Below, one piece after another: positions 62,823 through 64,000 of a stretch of 64,000 bases of DNA. The stretch's first letter is position 1. Every line of letters starts with the position of its first letter. Both the position numbers and the translations under genes were made by a program. The notes below the pieces were generated by a model. The model was not told where the DNA came from and searched no databases. It saw only the letters and a program-made list of their open reading frames with translations. Source of the DNA: Azolla caroliniana (taxonomy: Eukaryota; Plantae; Polypodiophyta); assembly GCA_043228905.1 (NCBI GenBank), contig JBHGNT010000003.1:2542001-2606000 (forward strand), in the 5' to 3' direction.

Positions 62823-64000
62823 ATGGAGCAATCTAAATCCTCTACTGAAAAAGACAAATGGAGAGCAGACATGATAAGCAAGATCAAGAATGCCAATACT
62901 AATGCTGAAACGAATGGGTTCAATGAACGTCGGATCATTTCGAAGCCTCCGAAAGCATTATTGGATGTCAGGAACAGTCATATTGCCCTCAGATCCTGAC
63001 CATCGGACCATTGCATGAAATGCTTAGTGGTAGCTCTTCTCTTGATGAACGGAAGGCACTGTGTGTAAAGAGATTCATGGTAAGACATGGGATATCAGAT
63101 GTGGAAGAGCTCATGGAACGCCTCTTCGAGGACTCTTCTGATCTTCGCCTCTATTATTCAGACCTTCCCAATTATAGTGATGAAGCCCTCCAACTTTTGG
63201 TCACTGTCGATACCATCTTCCTTTGTGAATTCGTGATATTTGTTCCGACTGATTGGGCATCCATACTCAAGGAACATGACTACTTCGACATACTCTGCGA
63301 CAATGACATCGCAATCAACCAAGTATTGAGGGACTTGGTCGTGATGGGCAACCAAATTCCCATGTCATTTCTAATGAAGCTCATTGAAGAGTTTCCAAGC
63401 AAAGACAAGAACGAAAAGGATGAACTCAAGAAAGGATTGCTTTATGTTGTTAAACAAGTCGATCCATTCAAGAATTCGGAGGACGAGAATTATTCTGAGG
63501 AGGAGAATCTGGAGGACGAGAATTATTCTGAGGAGGAGAGTTTTGAAATTCTTGAATTTTGCCGTCGCAGTCACCTACTTGATTGCCTATATGTTTGGGT
63601 CCTCAGAAAACAATCAGAACAGAATAAGGGACAAGGCACCAATCGATTTCGTTTCGGCCGAGTATCGGATACTTACGGAACAGAACAACCAGCTGACAAG
63701 ATGGAGGAAGATTTTCACAGTATAACCATATGTCGTGATCGCCTGCCAACAGCGTCTCAACTCTCTAAAGCCGGCATCCGGTTCAGGGCGATTGGAGGTG
63801 GTAGCATATCAGTGATGCACTACAACAAGAGAAAACTTCGGCTTTATATTCCACGGCTTGTCGTCGAACATGACACGGAGGATGTGTTCAGGAACCTTCT
63901 TGCTCATGAACAAACCTTCAAAGATGGAGGTGAGTTCACTATGTATCTGATCATCATGGACTCGCTCATCGACACAGCAGAGGATGTAGTGATCCTGACG
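62823..64000 (+). pseudogene. DUF247 gene with an early 1-nt frameshift, running off the window end
   Basis: MEQSKSSTEKDKW...LLDV, then 8 instead of 9 nt before SYCPQILTIGPLH (about 62970). The shifted frame is open to 64000 (NQIP, HLLDCL, RLPTASQL, RNLLAHEQ, MDSLIDTAEDV). Confidence 0.88.

Overview
AT-rich, repeat-laden plant nuclear DNA, most likely a non-seed plant such as a fern. This is inferred from a Tcn1-like chromovirus, fern-style PPR remnants and short GT-AG introns. The right two-thirds (about 21-64 kb) is a tandem array of intronless DUF247/UPF0481-family genes. It holds four intact ORFs, two disrupted near-full copies (one running off the window end) and at least six further pseudogenes or fragments, repeatedly arranged head-to-head; one more remnant lies at 5.3 kb. 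A full-length but dead Ty1/copia element (31774-36310) and copia debris are interspersed. The left part holds a clan-85 cytochrome P450 pseudogene, PPR remnants and the most unusual feature: two diverged, intron-containing, now-decayed copies (1-1983 and about 12116-17982) of a gene for a ParB/Srx-like domain fused to a bacterial/phage-type beta-class amino (N6-adenine/N4-cytosine) DNA methyltransferase. The second copy has an array of about 14 21-bp palindromes in its putative first intron. It is split by a deleted chromovirus whose LTRs carry perfect heat-shock elements. All family calls come from motif recognition by eye; no database search was run.
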